From the IMG/VR virus record IMGVR_UViG_3300005573_000057, positions 1 through 64,000 of that record: a DNA stretch of 64,000 bases, one strand, 5' to 3'. The notes below the pieces were generated by a model, which was not told where the DNA came from, searched no databases, and saw only the letters and a list, made by a program, of their open reading frames with translations. The translations under genes and the position numbers were made by a program. Positions 8,470 through 17,498 of this stretch are shown piece after piece. Source of the stretch: a virus. Position 1 is the stretch's first letter; each line of letters opens with the position of its first letter.

Positions 8470-10437
8470 ATGGCAACACAACTTTTATCCCCCGGTCAAC
8501 AAATTAAAGAAGTTGATCTTGTCTCGTACATTCCGAGCGTACCATCTTCTGTTGGCGCTGGGGTTGCGTTTTTGCGCTGGGGGCCTGCTATGGTTCCTAT
8601 TACTGTCTCTGGACAGAACAATCTATCTAAAATTTTCCTTCCTCCTGATTCAAACACATGGCAAGGATTTTTCCCTATCTGGAACTTTTTGGCATATTCT
8701 AGTAATGCGCTAGTTGTTCGAGTGGTGGGTTCTGGTGCTCGAAATGCTGTGCAGACAACGAGTGGATCGGTTAATCCTACGGTAACTATTACTGCTGGTG
8801 GAAGTGGCTACACTACTGCCCCGTTGGTCACGATTGCGCCTCCCGGTGTTGCCGGTGGAATCACTGCAACGGCGGTTGCAACCGTTAGTGGTGGTGCGGT
8901 TACAGCGATCACAATCACAAATCCTGGTGCTGGTTATACAACCGCACCACAGGTGACGATTGCTGCTCCTACAACCGGAACAACGGCTACTGCCACTGTG
9001 ACGGTGACGATTGGTGGGGCAACCATTCTTAATACTAACAAATTTGTTCAATATTTCCAAGGTGTGAACACAAACATCTTTGGACAGTTTGTAGCTAAGT
9101 ATCCAGGATCGTATGGCAACAACATTGGTGTGTCGTTGGCCGATTCTGCTTCTTTTGCAAACTGGTCTTTCAAAGGATATTTTGGATCTGCCCCCGGCAC
9201 CAGTGCGTTTGCTGCTTCGGTAGGCGCTTCGAATGATGAAGTTCACGTTATTGTTTATGATGCGACTGGCGCAATTACCGGAACTGCTGGAACTGTTATT
9301 AAAGCGTATCCGTTCTTGAGCAAAGCTTCGAATTCCGTCAATACGGATGGAAGTGCTCTGTATTATCCTTCCGTTATCAATTCTGCTGACCAATACGCAT
9401 GGATTATTGGTACTCCACAATCGAATGCTGATTGGGGTCAACCGGCAACTTCGGGAATGACATTTACGACGCTGGCGACTCCAATCACGGCTGTTTTGAC
9501 TGGTGGCACCGATGACTATACTGGTGGCGACGGGGTTCTGGAACAGGGATGGTCACTCCTAGCCAATAAAGACCTGTACACGGCCAATCTCTTGATTAGT
9601 GGCCCCGCTTCGCAAACCCTTGCAAGCTATGTGGTCAATATTGCTGCTTCCCGCCGTGATGCCGTTGGGTTTGCTTCTCCGTTGAATGTGAGCACTGGTG
9701 GTCTCATTACAGATAATGATTTGACTGCTGCTGCCGATGTGATTGCGTGGCGTACTGGAATGCCTACTGGTAATGTTGGTAGCTATGGTTTTTACGACAC
9801 CGGCTACAAATATCAACTAGATCCGTTCAATAATGTGTATCGTTGGGTTGCTTTGAACGGCGATATTGCCGGTTTGTGCGCCCGTACCGATTCGACAAAT
9901 GCTCCGTGGTGGTCTCCTGCTGGTTATATTCGCGGCTCCATCCAAAATTGTTCGGCGCTTGCCTACAATCCTTCACAGGCAGATCGTGATGCTCTGTATC
10001 CTCAAGGTGTCAATCCTGTTGTCAACTTTGTTGGTGATGGTTTCATGCTCTACGGTGATAAGACTGGCTATGGCAAACCCGGCGCATTCAGTCGAATCAA
10101 CGTTCGGCGTTTGTTCATTGTTCTCGAAACTGCGATTGCGAAGATGGCAAAATACAGTTTGTTCGAATTCAACGATGCAACGACGCAAGCCAATTTCCGC
10201 AATGCCGTGACCCCATATTTGCAAACTCTTGCAAGTCAACGGGCATTCAACACATCCCAAGACAAGGGTTTTGCTGTGATTTGCGATAGCACAAATAACA
10301 CTCCAGACATTGTGGATAGTGATCAGTTTGTCGGAAGTATCTTGGTCAAACCAAACAAGAGCATTAACTATGAAACATTGAACTTTGTTGCTGTTGGAAC
10401 CAGTGTTTCGTTCAGTAATGTTGGTGGCACATTCTAA
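8470..10437 (+). CDS. gp18: Tail sheath protein
   Basis: LLSPG..IKE.DL, WGP, GDIAGLCARTD, WWSPAGY.RG, SRINVRRLFI, KP.KSIN...LNFVA. Confidence 0.97.
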   Translation: MATQLLSPGQQIKEVDLVSYIPSVPSSVGAGVAFLRWGPAMVPITVSGQNNLSKIFLPPDSNTWQGFFPIWNFLAYSSNALVVRVVGSGARNAVQTTSGSVNPTVTITAGGSGYTTAPLVTIAPPGVAGGITATAVATVSGGAVTAITITNPGAGYTTAPQVTIAAPTTGTTATATVTVTIGGATILNTNKFVQYFQGVNTNIFGQFVAKYPGSYGNNIGVSLADSASFANWSFKGYFGSAPGTSAFAASVGASNDEVHVIVYDATGAITGTAGTVIKAYPFLSKASNSVNTDGSALYYPSVINSADQYAWIIGTPQSNADWGQPATSGMTFTTLATPITAVLTGGTDDYTGGDGVLEQGWSLLANKDLYTANLLISGPASQTLASYVVNIAASRRDAVGFASPLNVSTGGLITDNDLTAAADVIAWRTGMPTGNVGSYGFYDTGYKYQLDPFNNVYRWVALNGDIAGLCARTDSTNAPWWSPAGYIRGSIQNCSALAYNPSQADRDALYPQGVNPVVNFVGDGFMLYGDKTGYGKPGAFSRINVRRLFIVLETAIAKMAKYSLFEFNDATTQANFRNAVTPYLQTLASQRAFNTSQDKGFAVICDSTNNTPDIVDSDQFVGSILVKPNKSINYETLNFVAVGTSVSFSNVGGTF

Positions 10438-10455
10438 ACTAGGGATTAAAAAACT

Positions 10456-11031
10456 ATGGCTAACATTTCAGATTTTAAGGCGGCTCTTGCCGGTGGTGGG
10501 GCGCGGGCAAATCTGTTTCAGGTGGGTGTTACATTTCCATCCTTTGTTTCGAATGGAGCATTGGCTTCCCGCCAGATTCAGCTATTAGCGCATTCTGCAT
10601 CGCTTCCTTCATCTAAACTCAAAACCTTCGCTACTCCGTTTCAAGGTCGCTCGGTATACCAAGCTGCCGAACGAGAATTTGAAGACTGGAAAATCAGTAT
10701 CTATAACGATACGAATTTCTCGGTTCGCAATGCGTTTGAGGAATGGATGAACTCGGTTCAAAATGCCGATTCGCTAAGTGGTATTTCGCAACCAGGGCTT
10801 TATCAGGTTCCTCTGCAAGTTTATCAACTGGATCGTTCTGGTGCAATTCTCCAATATTATGACATTCAAGATGCGTTTCCGCATGAAGTCGGAGCCATTG
10901 AACTCAGCTTTGGCGAAGTTAATGGAATTGAAACATTTGATGTGACATTTACGTATAACTACTTTGTAAACCCACAAATCCCCGCTGGTGCAGCAGTTAC
11001 AGTCAATGTAAACGTCAATTTGCCGATTTGA
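10456..11031 (+). CDS. gp19: Tail tube protein
   Basis: GGAR.NLF, PFQGR, REFEDW, NDTNF.VRNAFE.W, QLDR.G. Confidence 0.96.
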   Translation: MANISDFKAALAGGGARANLFQVGVTFPSFVSNGALASRQIQLLAHSASLPSSKLKTFATPFQGRSVYQAAEREFEDWKISIYNDTNFSVRNAFEEWMNSVQNADSLSGISQPGLYQVPLQVYQLDRSGAILQYYDIQDAFPHEVGAIELSFGEVNGIETFDVTFTYNYFVNPQIPAGAAVTVNVNVNLPI

Positions 11032-11068
11032 TTTTTGCCACTATAATAATAAAAATTTGTGGCATTTT

Positions 11069-11102
11069 GGAAGGGGGTTGGAAACAACCTCCTTTTCTTT
11101 TT
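11069..11102 (+). terminator. Rho-independent terminator
   Basis: AAGGGGGTTG-GAAA-CAACCTCCTT followed by a T tract. Confidence 0.8.
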
Positions 11103-11106
11103 GCGC

Positions 11107-11112
11107 TAACTA
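11107..11112 (+). promoter_or_regulatory. Putative late promoter CTAACTA for the portal operon
   Basis: Motif immediately after a terminator and ~40 nt before gp20. Confidence 0.65.
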
Positions 11113-11150
11113 CTGATACAAACTCGAATTTGGATTCAAAGGATTAAGTA

Positions 11151-12827
11151 ATGGCATTCAAAGTGTTTGGCTTCGAAATCAAGAAAACGACGAAAACAGA
11201 AGAACCGCCGATGTTGTCGGTCGTTTCTCCGGCTTCGGACGATGGTGCGTTGCAGATGTTGGGATCTGGTGCGTCTGGATTCTACAATTCCGTTATTGAT
11301 CTTGGTGGCGCAATCAGAAACGAAAACGATCTTATCAATCGTTATCGTGAAATTTCTATGTATCCCGAAGTCGATAATGCTATTAAGGATATTACATCAG
11401 AAGCCGTTTCACACGACGCCTCTGACGTTGCTATTCAACTCAACCTTGATAAGATTGAAACTTTGAGCGAAAACATCAAGAAAAAGATGATTGACGCTTT
11501 CAATGAAGTCGTTAATTTGATGGGCTTTAATGAACGTGGTGAGGATATTTTTGAACGGTGGTACATTGATGGACGCCAACATTATCAGATTATTCTCCAC
11601 GAAAACACAACACTCGGAATTAACGAGCTTCGATACATTGATCCCCACAAGATCCGCAAAGTGCGGGAAATTCAGCCACATAATATTGACGGTGGTGTTG
11701 GTGCTATTGGTCTGGAAGTCATTGATGAATACTATGTCTACAATCCAAATGGTATTACAGAAACGGCTGCACAAGGGCTAAAACTGACTGTTGACAGCAT
11801 TGCCTACTCAAATAGTGGGGTGGTAGATCCTAACACTGGACTGGTGTTCAGTCATTTGCAAAAGGCAATCAAGACCGCCAACCAGTTAAAGATGCTTGAG
11901 GATGCAATGCTCATTTATCGTTTGAGTCGTGCAGCGGAACGTCGATTGTTCCAAATTGATGTAGGTCACTTGCCCCCGCCCAAAGCCGAGCAATACGTAG
12001 CAGAAATGATGAATCGGTATCGTAATAAGGTGACTTACGATGCTCAGACTGGTGAAGTTAGGGATGATCGACGGAATATGTCGATGATCGAAGATTTTTG
12101 GTTCCCGAAACGCGATGGGCAAACCGGAACTACGGTATCAACTCTTGCTGGTGGTACTGCCAATCAACAGATTGATGATGTGCAATATTTCAAGGAAAAG
12201 CTTTATCGGGCCTTGAACATTCCTGTCAATCGTCTACAGCCTACAACCGGGTTCAATCTTGGTAAAGCTTCTGAAATTACTCGGGATGAACTGAAATTCT
12301 CCAAGTTCATTGACCGACTGCGTTCACGGTTTTCTACGATTTTTATTGCTCCACTTCGGGCACAGTGTATTTCAACGGGGATTCTCTCGGTTGATGAATG
12401 GGAAGAAATTGAAGGACTTATTAAGTTCCAATTCAGTAAAGATAACTACTTTTCAGAATTCAAAGAAAATGAAGTCCTCTCACAGCGCATTGCGATGGCC
12501 GGGGAGTTGGAACCGTATGTCGGGAAGTATTTTAGTATGGAGTTTGTGCGGCGTCAAATTTTCAAAATGAGTGACGAAGAAATTGAAAAAATGAAGGAAG
12601 AAATCAAGGATGAAGCGAAGGAAAACCCACAAATGCAGCAACAAGGACAACAAGGTGCTGCCACTGGTGAAGGTACTAATCCATTCGCACCATTGAATCC
12701 TGAACGGGACGTTGCGGAAGTTGAAGCGCAATCTAATCCCGATGATTCAAATTTAGATGGTTCAGACAAACCAGAAGACGAAGAAGACGACGATAAAGAA
12801 TCACTTGACAAAGAACTCAAATTTTAA
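11151..12827 (+). CDS. gp20: Portal protein
   Basis: WYIDGR, LRYIDP.KIRKVRE, NQLKMLEDA, EDFWFP.R, EITRDELKFSKFI.RLR. Confidence 0.97.
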   Translation: MAFKVFGFEIKKTTKTEEPPMLSVVSPASDDGALQMLGSGASGFYNSVIDLGGAIRNENDLINRYREISMYPEVDNAIKDITSEAVSHDASDVAIQLNLDKIETLSENIKKKMIDAFNEVVNLMGFNERGEDIFERWYIDGRQHYQIILHENTTLGINELRYIDPHKIRKVREIQPHNIDGGVGAIGLEVIDEYYVYNPNGITETAAQGLKLTVDSIAYSNSGVVDPNTGLVFSHLQKAIKTANQLKMLEDAMLIYRLSRAAERRLFQIDVGHLPPPKAEQYVAEMMNRYRNKVTYDAQTGEVRDDRRNMSMIEDFWFPKRDGQTGTTVSTLAGGTANQQIDDVQYFKEKLYRALNIPVNRLQPTTGFNLGKASEITRDELKFSKFIDRLRSRFSTIFIAPLRAQCISTGILSVDEWEEIEGLIKFQFSKDNYFSEFKENEVLSQRIAMAGELEPYVGKYFSMEFVRRQIFKMSDEEIEKMKEEIKDEAKENPQMQQQGQQGAATGEGTNPFAPLNPERDVAEVEAQSNPDDSNLDGSDKPEDEEDDDKESLDKELKF

Positions 12828-12836
12828 GGAAAAACC

Positions 12837-12995
12837 ATGAACACACTTAAAAAATCTCTCCAAACCTTTTTCAAAGCTGCTTACCAAGGAAATGTTGCAG
12901 AAATGCACGCATCCTTTGATAAAGCCCTACGTGAGAAACTGGTTCCTATGCTTCAAAACAAGCAACGTGAAGTTGCACGAAAAATTTTTAAATAA
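12837..12995 (+). CDS. Small prohead core protein (gp67-like position)
   Basis: 52-aa ORF MNTLKKSLQTFFKAAYQGN...EVARKIFK not in the ORF track; AAGGA RBS; directly after gp20. Confidence 0.6.
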   Translation: MNTLKKSLQTFFKAAYQGNVAEMHASFDKALREKLVPMLQNKQREVARKIFK

Positions 12996-12997
12996 AA

Positions 12998-13435
12998 ATG
13001 AACTTCTTGGAATACGATTCTCACTCAATTCATGAAATTGGTGGGGAAGTCTTTATTGATGGGCGAAAATCTAGGCGGTTTTCGACTGCTGGCGAAGCAC
13101 TTGCTTTTATGCGGAACTCTAAAGAAAGCAAGTATAAAGTTATGCAGGAAAGTCTGACAAGGCTAACAAGCAAGATTATTAGTGAAGATGTAAACCATAT
13201 TCAATTGAGTAATGGTGATCTTCAAATCGCTTTGGATGAAGCCATTAACGAAGATTTATCCTTGAATCGGCTAACTATTGAACTTCGAAAGAGTGTAAAT
13301 GATAACCCGTTCAGGAAATATCAGTTTGTTCTTGAAAGCGGTGAAAAAGTTTCAATAAGTGAACAAACTCTAAATAGAATAGTAGAATCGAAAAAAGTTC
13401 CGAAAAATCTACTCCAACTTATTCAATACGTCTAA
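12998..13435 (+). CDS. Hypothetical head-region protein
   Basis: ORF in the portal-protease operon. Confidence 0.6.
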   Translation: MNFLEYDSHSIHEIGGEVFIDGRKSRRFSTAGEALAFMRNSKESKYKVMQESLTRLTSKIISEDVNHIQLSNGDLQIALDEAINEDLSLNRLTIELRKSVNDNPFRKYQFVLESGEKVSISEQTLNRIVESKKVPKNLLQLIQYV

Positions 13436-13453
13436 TACGTCTAAAGGTCTTTT

Positions 13454-13867
13454 ATGGCTGCTGCAAAAATCCTCATTCTTAAAAATACAAACACAGAAGT
13501 CGTTGTAAAAGTGGTTGCAGATTCTGCAAACACTGCATCATCGACTGCGTTGCCTTTGAGTGGGTTCACAACGGCCACAGAAACAGTAACATCCCCAACA
13601 GTGAATATTAGGGGCATGTTGTGGTCTTCCGGTGCGGGTGGTTCCATCAACATTTATCGCGGTGGAAGTGCCGAATCAAACTTGGTTAGCTGCCTTAGTG
13701 GAAATGGATCTTTTAATCAAATGAACAACTTTGTTTCGGATAGTGATCAAAATTCTAGTGATTTGTTGGTCAATATGAGCCAATATGGGACTCTATATTT
13801 GCTCTTGGGCAAACAAAGTGGATATACTACAACTTATAACTCAGAACAAGCTGGTCAGGCCGCTTAA
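13454..13867 (+). CDS. Hypothetical virion protein
   Basis: Ser/Thr/Asn-rich, beta-rich ORF just before gp21. Confidence 0.6.
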   Translation: MAAAKILILKNTNTEVVVKVVADSANTASSTALPLSGFTTATETVTSPTVNIRGMLWSSGAGGSINIYRGGSAESNLVSCLSGNGSFNQMNNFVSDSDQNSSDLLVNMSQYGTLYLLLGKQSGYTTTYNSEQAGQAA

Positions 13868-13873
13868 AGACAT

Positions 13874-14518
13874 ATGAAACTACTTATCGAACGTGTCGAA
13901 GAAACTAAACTCATTGTCGAAGATAACAATGGGTCAAAAAACTATTATATTCAAGGGCCATTCCTTCAAGGTGGTATCAAGAATCGTAATGGCCGCATTT
14001 ATCCCAATGAAGTGCTTGATGAAAAGGTCAATGATTACATTGATTCGACTTTGAGTAAAAATCGGGCATGGGGAGAATTGGGGCATCCAGATTCGCCTCA
14101 TATCAATCTTGATCGAGTCAGTCATCGAATTGTCGAACTGAAAAAAGAAGGCAAGGATTGGTATGGAAAAGCCCGCATTCTCGATACCCCAATGGGCCTG
14201 ATTGCGCGTGGTTTGATGGATGGTGGTGGATCTTTGGGAGTCAGTTCACGCGGAATTGGGAGTTTGGTAGAAGATGGGGACGCTTCAATTGTTCAACCAG
14301 ATTTTCTCATTTGCACTGCTGGTGACATTGTAGCAGATCCAAGTGCCCCGGACGCTTATGTTCAAGGAATCATGGAAAGCAAGGAATGGCTTTATGTCGA
14401 TGGTCACTTTGTCGAGCGTCATATTGAAGCTGCCAAGAAACGTATTCAAAAAACCCCTTCTAAACGGCTACAGGAACAGGCCATTAAAGAATTTGAATTG
14501 TTCCTTCAAATGTTGTAA
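13874..14518 (+). CDS. gp21: Prohead protease
   Basis: KNRNGRIYP, GELGHP, LDTP.G, GVSSRG.GS, DIVADPSAPDA. Confidence 0.97.
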   Translation: MKLLIERVEETKLIVEDNNGSKNYYIQGPFLQGGIKNRNGRIYPNEVLDEKVNDYIDSTLSKNRAWGELGHPDSPHINLDRVSHRIVELKKEGKDWYGKARILDTPMGLIARGLMDGGGSLGVSSRGIGSLVEDGDASIVQPDFLICTAGDIVADPSAPDAYVQGIMESKEWLYVDGHFVERHIEAAKKRIQKTPSKRLQEQAIKEFELFLQML

Positions 14519-14585
14519 GAATCAAACTTAGATTCTCTCTAACTATTTTCATTCAACCATCCTATCTTTATAATCAAGGAAAATC

Positions 14586-15248
14586 ATGACTCATTCTGAA
14601 ACACTCAATGCCGATGCTTCACTGTTGGCTCAAATGCAAACCCGCACCGGAGCTTTTGAAGGCGCAAAGGCGGAAGGTCGCTATGTAGCAACTTGCTATG
14701 AACCAAGAAATGTTTCGGCGTACAACACGTTTAAAGCTGAATTGGAACAACTGGCAAAGGCTGGTGATGTAATTCGTGCTGCTAAATGCGCAACTGCAAT
14801 GCAAGAAATGCTAGAAGTCGCGTGGCATGAAGAATATGATAATTTGGTGGTAACTAGTGGTAAAAACCTTGCGCTGAATACCTTGTTCATGGGATCTTCT
14901 TACACTGCCGCTTGGTATCTTGGCTTGGTGAATGGAGCAACAACCCCTACATTTGCTGCTACTGATACGATGGCATCCCATTCTGGATGGACTGAGTACA
15001 CTGGTTATAGTTCTCCTACTGCGCGTGCAACTCCGACTTGGACGGCTTCCACTGCTGATAGCATTGTAACGAATGGTATGAGTTTCACCATGAATGCAAC
15101 TGGTACTGTTGCTGGATCGTTCATGACCACAAACTCGACCATTAGCGGAACAACTGGTACGCTGTATTCTGCCGGTGCATTTACTGGTGGGAACCAATCT
15201 GTTACTTCAACTTCTACTTTGACTGTCACTTGGACAGGAACAGTATAA
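14586..15248 (+). CDS. Putative virion structural / fibre-associated protein
   Basis: NLVVTSGKNLAL...WYLGL...TDTMASHSGWTE...GTLYSAG; TAACTA at 14540. Confidence 0.6.
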   Translation: MTHSETLNADASLLAQMQTRTGAFEGAKAEGRYVATCYEPRNVSAYNTFKAELEQLAKAGDVIRAAKCATAMQEMLEVAWHEEYDNLVVTSGKNLALNTLFMGSSYTAAWYLGLVNGATTPTFAATDTMASHSGWTEYTGYSSPTARATPTWTASTADSIVTNGMSFTMNATGTVAGSFMTTNSTISGTTGTLYSAGAFTGGNQSVTSTSTLTVTWTGTV

Positions 15249-15275
15249 TCCACATAATATACCGGAGGAAATAAA

Positions 15276-15455
15276 ATGGCTTTGAAATTCAAATTGGGCG
15301 ATAATGTTGCTCAGAACGTGGCCCCTGTCAAGGGTGTTGTTGTCGAAAAGACAATTGTTGGTGACGATGTTCTTTATCGTGTTGATTACAAAGTTGGCGA
15401 TGAAAGCCACTCTCGTTGGTTTGCCGAAGAAGAAATTGAAATTGCGCAAGAATAA
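15276..15455 (+). CDS. Small SH3-like protein (59 aa)
   Basis: MALKFKLGDNVAQNVAPVKGVV...SRWFAEEEIE; GGAGG RBS; not in the ORF track. Confidence 0.65.
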   Translation: MALKFKLGDNVAQNVAPVKGVVVEKTIVGDDVLYRVDYKVGDESHSRWFAEEEIEIAQE

Positions 15456-15480
15456 ACAATTCACTTTGCGCTAAAAATCG

Positions 15481-15512
15481 AGGGGCAAGAACAAACGTTT
15501 TTGCCCCTTTTT
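15481..15512 (+). terminator. Rho-independent terminator
   Basis: AGGGGCAAGAAC...GTTTTTGCCCCT followed by a T tract. Confidence 0.75.
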
Positions 15513-15535
15513 AACTATTTTCACAGGAGATTTTA

Positions 15536-17494
15536 ATGTCAAACTCAATCAAAATTTCTGTTGATACAACTTCTTTGGACGCAAGTATTGCTGCGGTAAA
15601 CCAAAATGTATCGACCAATGCGGCGAAAGAACAAGCTTCACTCGCAGCACTTACTAGCCAACTTGGTAACGTACAAGCCGATGTACAAAACGAATCTAGT
15701 TTGTTGACCGAACTACAAACCACTGTAGCTGGACTTTCGGCACAAGTAAGCACGATTTCACACGCTCTGGAAAGCGCAATCCTTGCTCTTACAGGGACAG
15801 CCTCAACCCCTACTTCTGGCTCGACTGTTAGTTCTGGCTCAACTGCTACCTCTGGTTCCACGGCTACATCCGGCTCGACTGTTACTTCTGGCTCAACTGC
15901 TACCTCTGGTTCTGCTACCTCTGGTTCTGCTACTTCTGGCTCAACTGCTACCTCTGGTTCTGCTACTTCTGGCTCAACTGCTACCTCTGGTTCTGCTACT
16001 TCTGGCTCAACTGCTACCTCTGGTTCTGCAACTTCTGGCTCAACTGCTACCTCTGGTTCTGCTACCCCTGGTTCTGCAACTTCTGGTAGTGTAGCATCTG
16101 GAACCGATCTTTCTGCTAACTTGAAGCAATACGGAAAATCTCCACTTCCGTACACCAGCTTGGCTAAACCTGCAAAGGGGCAAACTGTAACCGACCCGGA
16201 TACAGGACTAAAAATTACGCGCATTACAGACTGCGTTGCAGACTTTAATAACTTGTGCGTGGCTCCGGCGTATCCTACGGCAATGGCATGGAATTGCGAT
16301 GAAAGCTATTTCATTCTGTATGTTCCCGGCTCTACAGCACAAAGTAATGGTCAGCAGGGTTGGGCGTTGTACAATGGAAAAACGTATGCGTTCATCAAAT
16401 TTCTTGACATTAACCCAGGCGACATTGAGCAATTTTATTGGGATCATCAAGACCCCGCAACGTTGCGCTACATTGATAATCATCAAATGGGTAGTCAGAA
16501 TTTGGCCGATCTTACTGCTATTAACGTAGAAACAGGTGTAAAAACAATCATTCACAGTTTCTTGCCAAATGGGTTGCCTCCTGGTTGCCCTGCAAATACG
16601 AACGTGGTTCGTTGCGGCTATCCGTTTGCCCTTGGCGTTAATGCAAATGGTGAGCGTATATGGGGGCTTGGTGCTGGTGGCCCTAGCGTTGCAAATGTTT
16701 CTGGCGAACTTGGTCTGTGGGTGTTTGGTTTTAACGAAAGTACCAAAGCATTCACCATTTACGACACTTCTGTTATTCCGCAGCCACAGGCTCGTGGATC
16801 GACACCATTTCCATCGGTTTCGGGCAAATACTTCATCTGGAATGCAGCAGTTGGTCTGGAATCACAACCAACAACACAATCTGCCGTCATGGATGCGGTT
16901 ACAGGTAAGCTTGTTCGATATGTCCAATTTGATACGAATGAACATTGCGACACTGCAATGGATGCAAATGGTAATGATCTACTTGTCGGTTCACAATTCT
17001 CGCGTAATACAGGCGGCAATGGTAACGTCATTGTTGCAAATTTGAATACTGGTCTTGTTACCGTCGATGTGGGTGAATCAAGCGGTTGGGGTTATCCAGC
17101 TACAGGTAGTTTGAGTGGTGCTACAGCTTGGAAGAATCCATCGTGGGTATCGACTGCAATGACCGGAAACATTTATGGGACTGGCACAAACGGTGTAGCA
17201 ACTCCAGGTTCAAATGGAAATAGTGGGCCTACTGCAAATCCGTGTACCATTCTTGACCAAGAAATTACACTAACGAATCTCACCAGTGGCGTTACTTGGC
17301 GAATTGCGCATCATCGCAGTACGGGCAATTATTCGAATGCTACGCAAAGTAATTATTGGGCACAACCTAATGTTACTTTCAGCACTAGCGGAACTCGTAT
17401 TCTGTTCAATAGCGATTGGGGTTGCGGAAATCCTGCTAGCCCGACTTTGAACCCGAATGCTCCAGTTGACACCTATGTAATCGAACTGCCGTAA
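15536..17494 (+). CDS. Surface/fibre protein: N-terminal coiled coil, Ser/Thr/Gly linker, probable beta-propeller
   Basis: Heptad-like N-terminus, GS(T)ATS repeats, DPDTG..ITRIT start and [18 protein letters not shown] end, as in TolB-like propellers. Confidence 0.6.
   Translation: MSNSIKISVDTTSLDASIAAVNQNVSTNAAKEQASLAALTSQLGNVQADVQNESSLLTELQTTVAGLSAQVSTISHALESAILALTGTASTPTSGSTVSSGSTATSGSTATSGSTVTSGSTATSGSATSGSATSGSTATSGSATSGSTATSGSATSGSTATSGSATSGSTATSGSATPGSATSGSVASGTDLSANLKQYGKSPLPYTSLAKPAKGQTVTDPDTGLKITRITDCVADFNNLCVAPAYPTAMAWNCDESYFILYVPGSTAQSNGQQGWALYNGKTYAFIKFLDINPGDIEQFYWDHQDPATLRYIDNHQMGSQNLADLTAINVETGVKTIIHSFLPNGLPPGCPANTNVVRCGYPFALGVNANGERIWGLGAGGPSVANVSGELGLWVFGFNESTKAFTIYDTSVIPQPQARGSTPFPSVSGKYFIWNAAVGLESQPTTQSAVMDAVTGKLVRYVQFDTNEHCDTAMDANGNDLLVGSQFSRNTGGNGNVIVANLNTGLVTVDVGESSGWGYPATGSLSGATAWKNPSWVSTAMTGNIYGTGTNGVATPGSNGNSGPTANPCTILDQEITLTNLTSGVTWRIAHHRSTGNYSNATQSNYWAQPNVTFSTSGTRILFNSDWGCGNPASPTLNPNAPVDTYVIELP
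15812..16090 (+). repeat. Coding tandem repeat of mixed 15- and 18-bp units (GSATS / GSTATS)
   Basis: Repeated TCTGGCTCAACTGCTACC and TCTGGTTCTGCTACT. Confidence 0.9.
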
Positions 17495-17498
17495 CCAA

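Noticed and set aside
15812-16090. Ice-nucleation protein repeat
   Set aside because: Lacks the AGYGST octapeptide periodicity; irregular 5/6-aa units fit a flexible linker
15511-16224. Minus-strand EPEVAV-repeat ORF
   Set aside because: Antisense shadow of the GSTATS repeat
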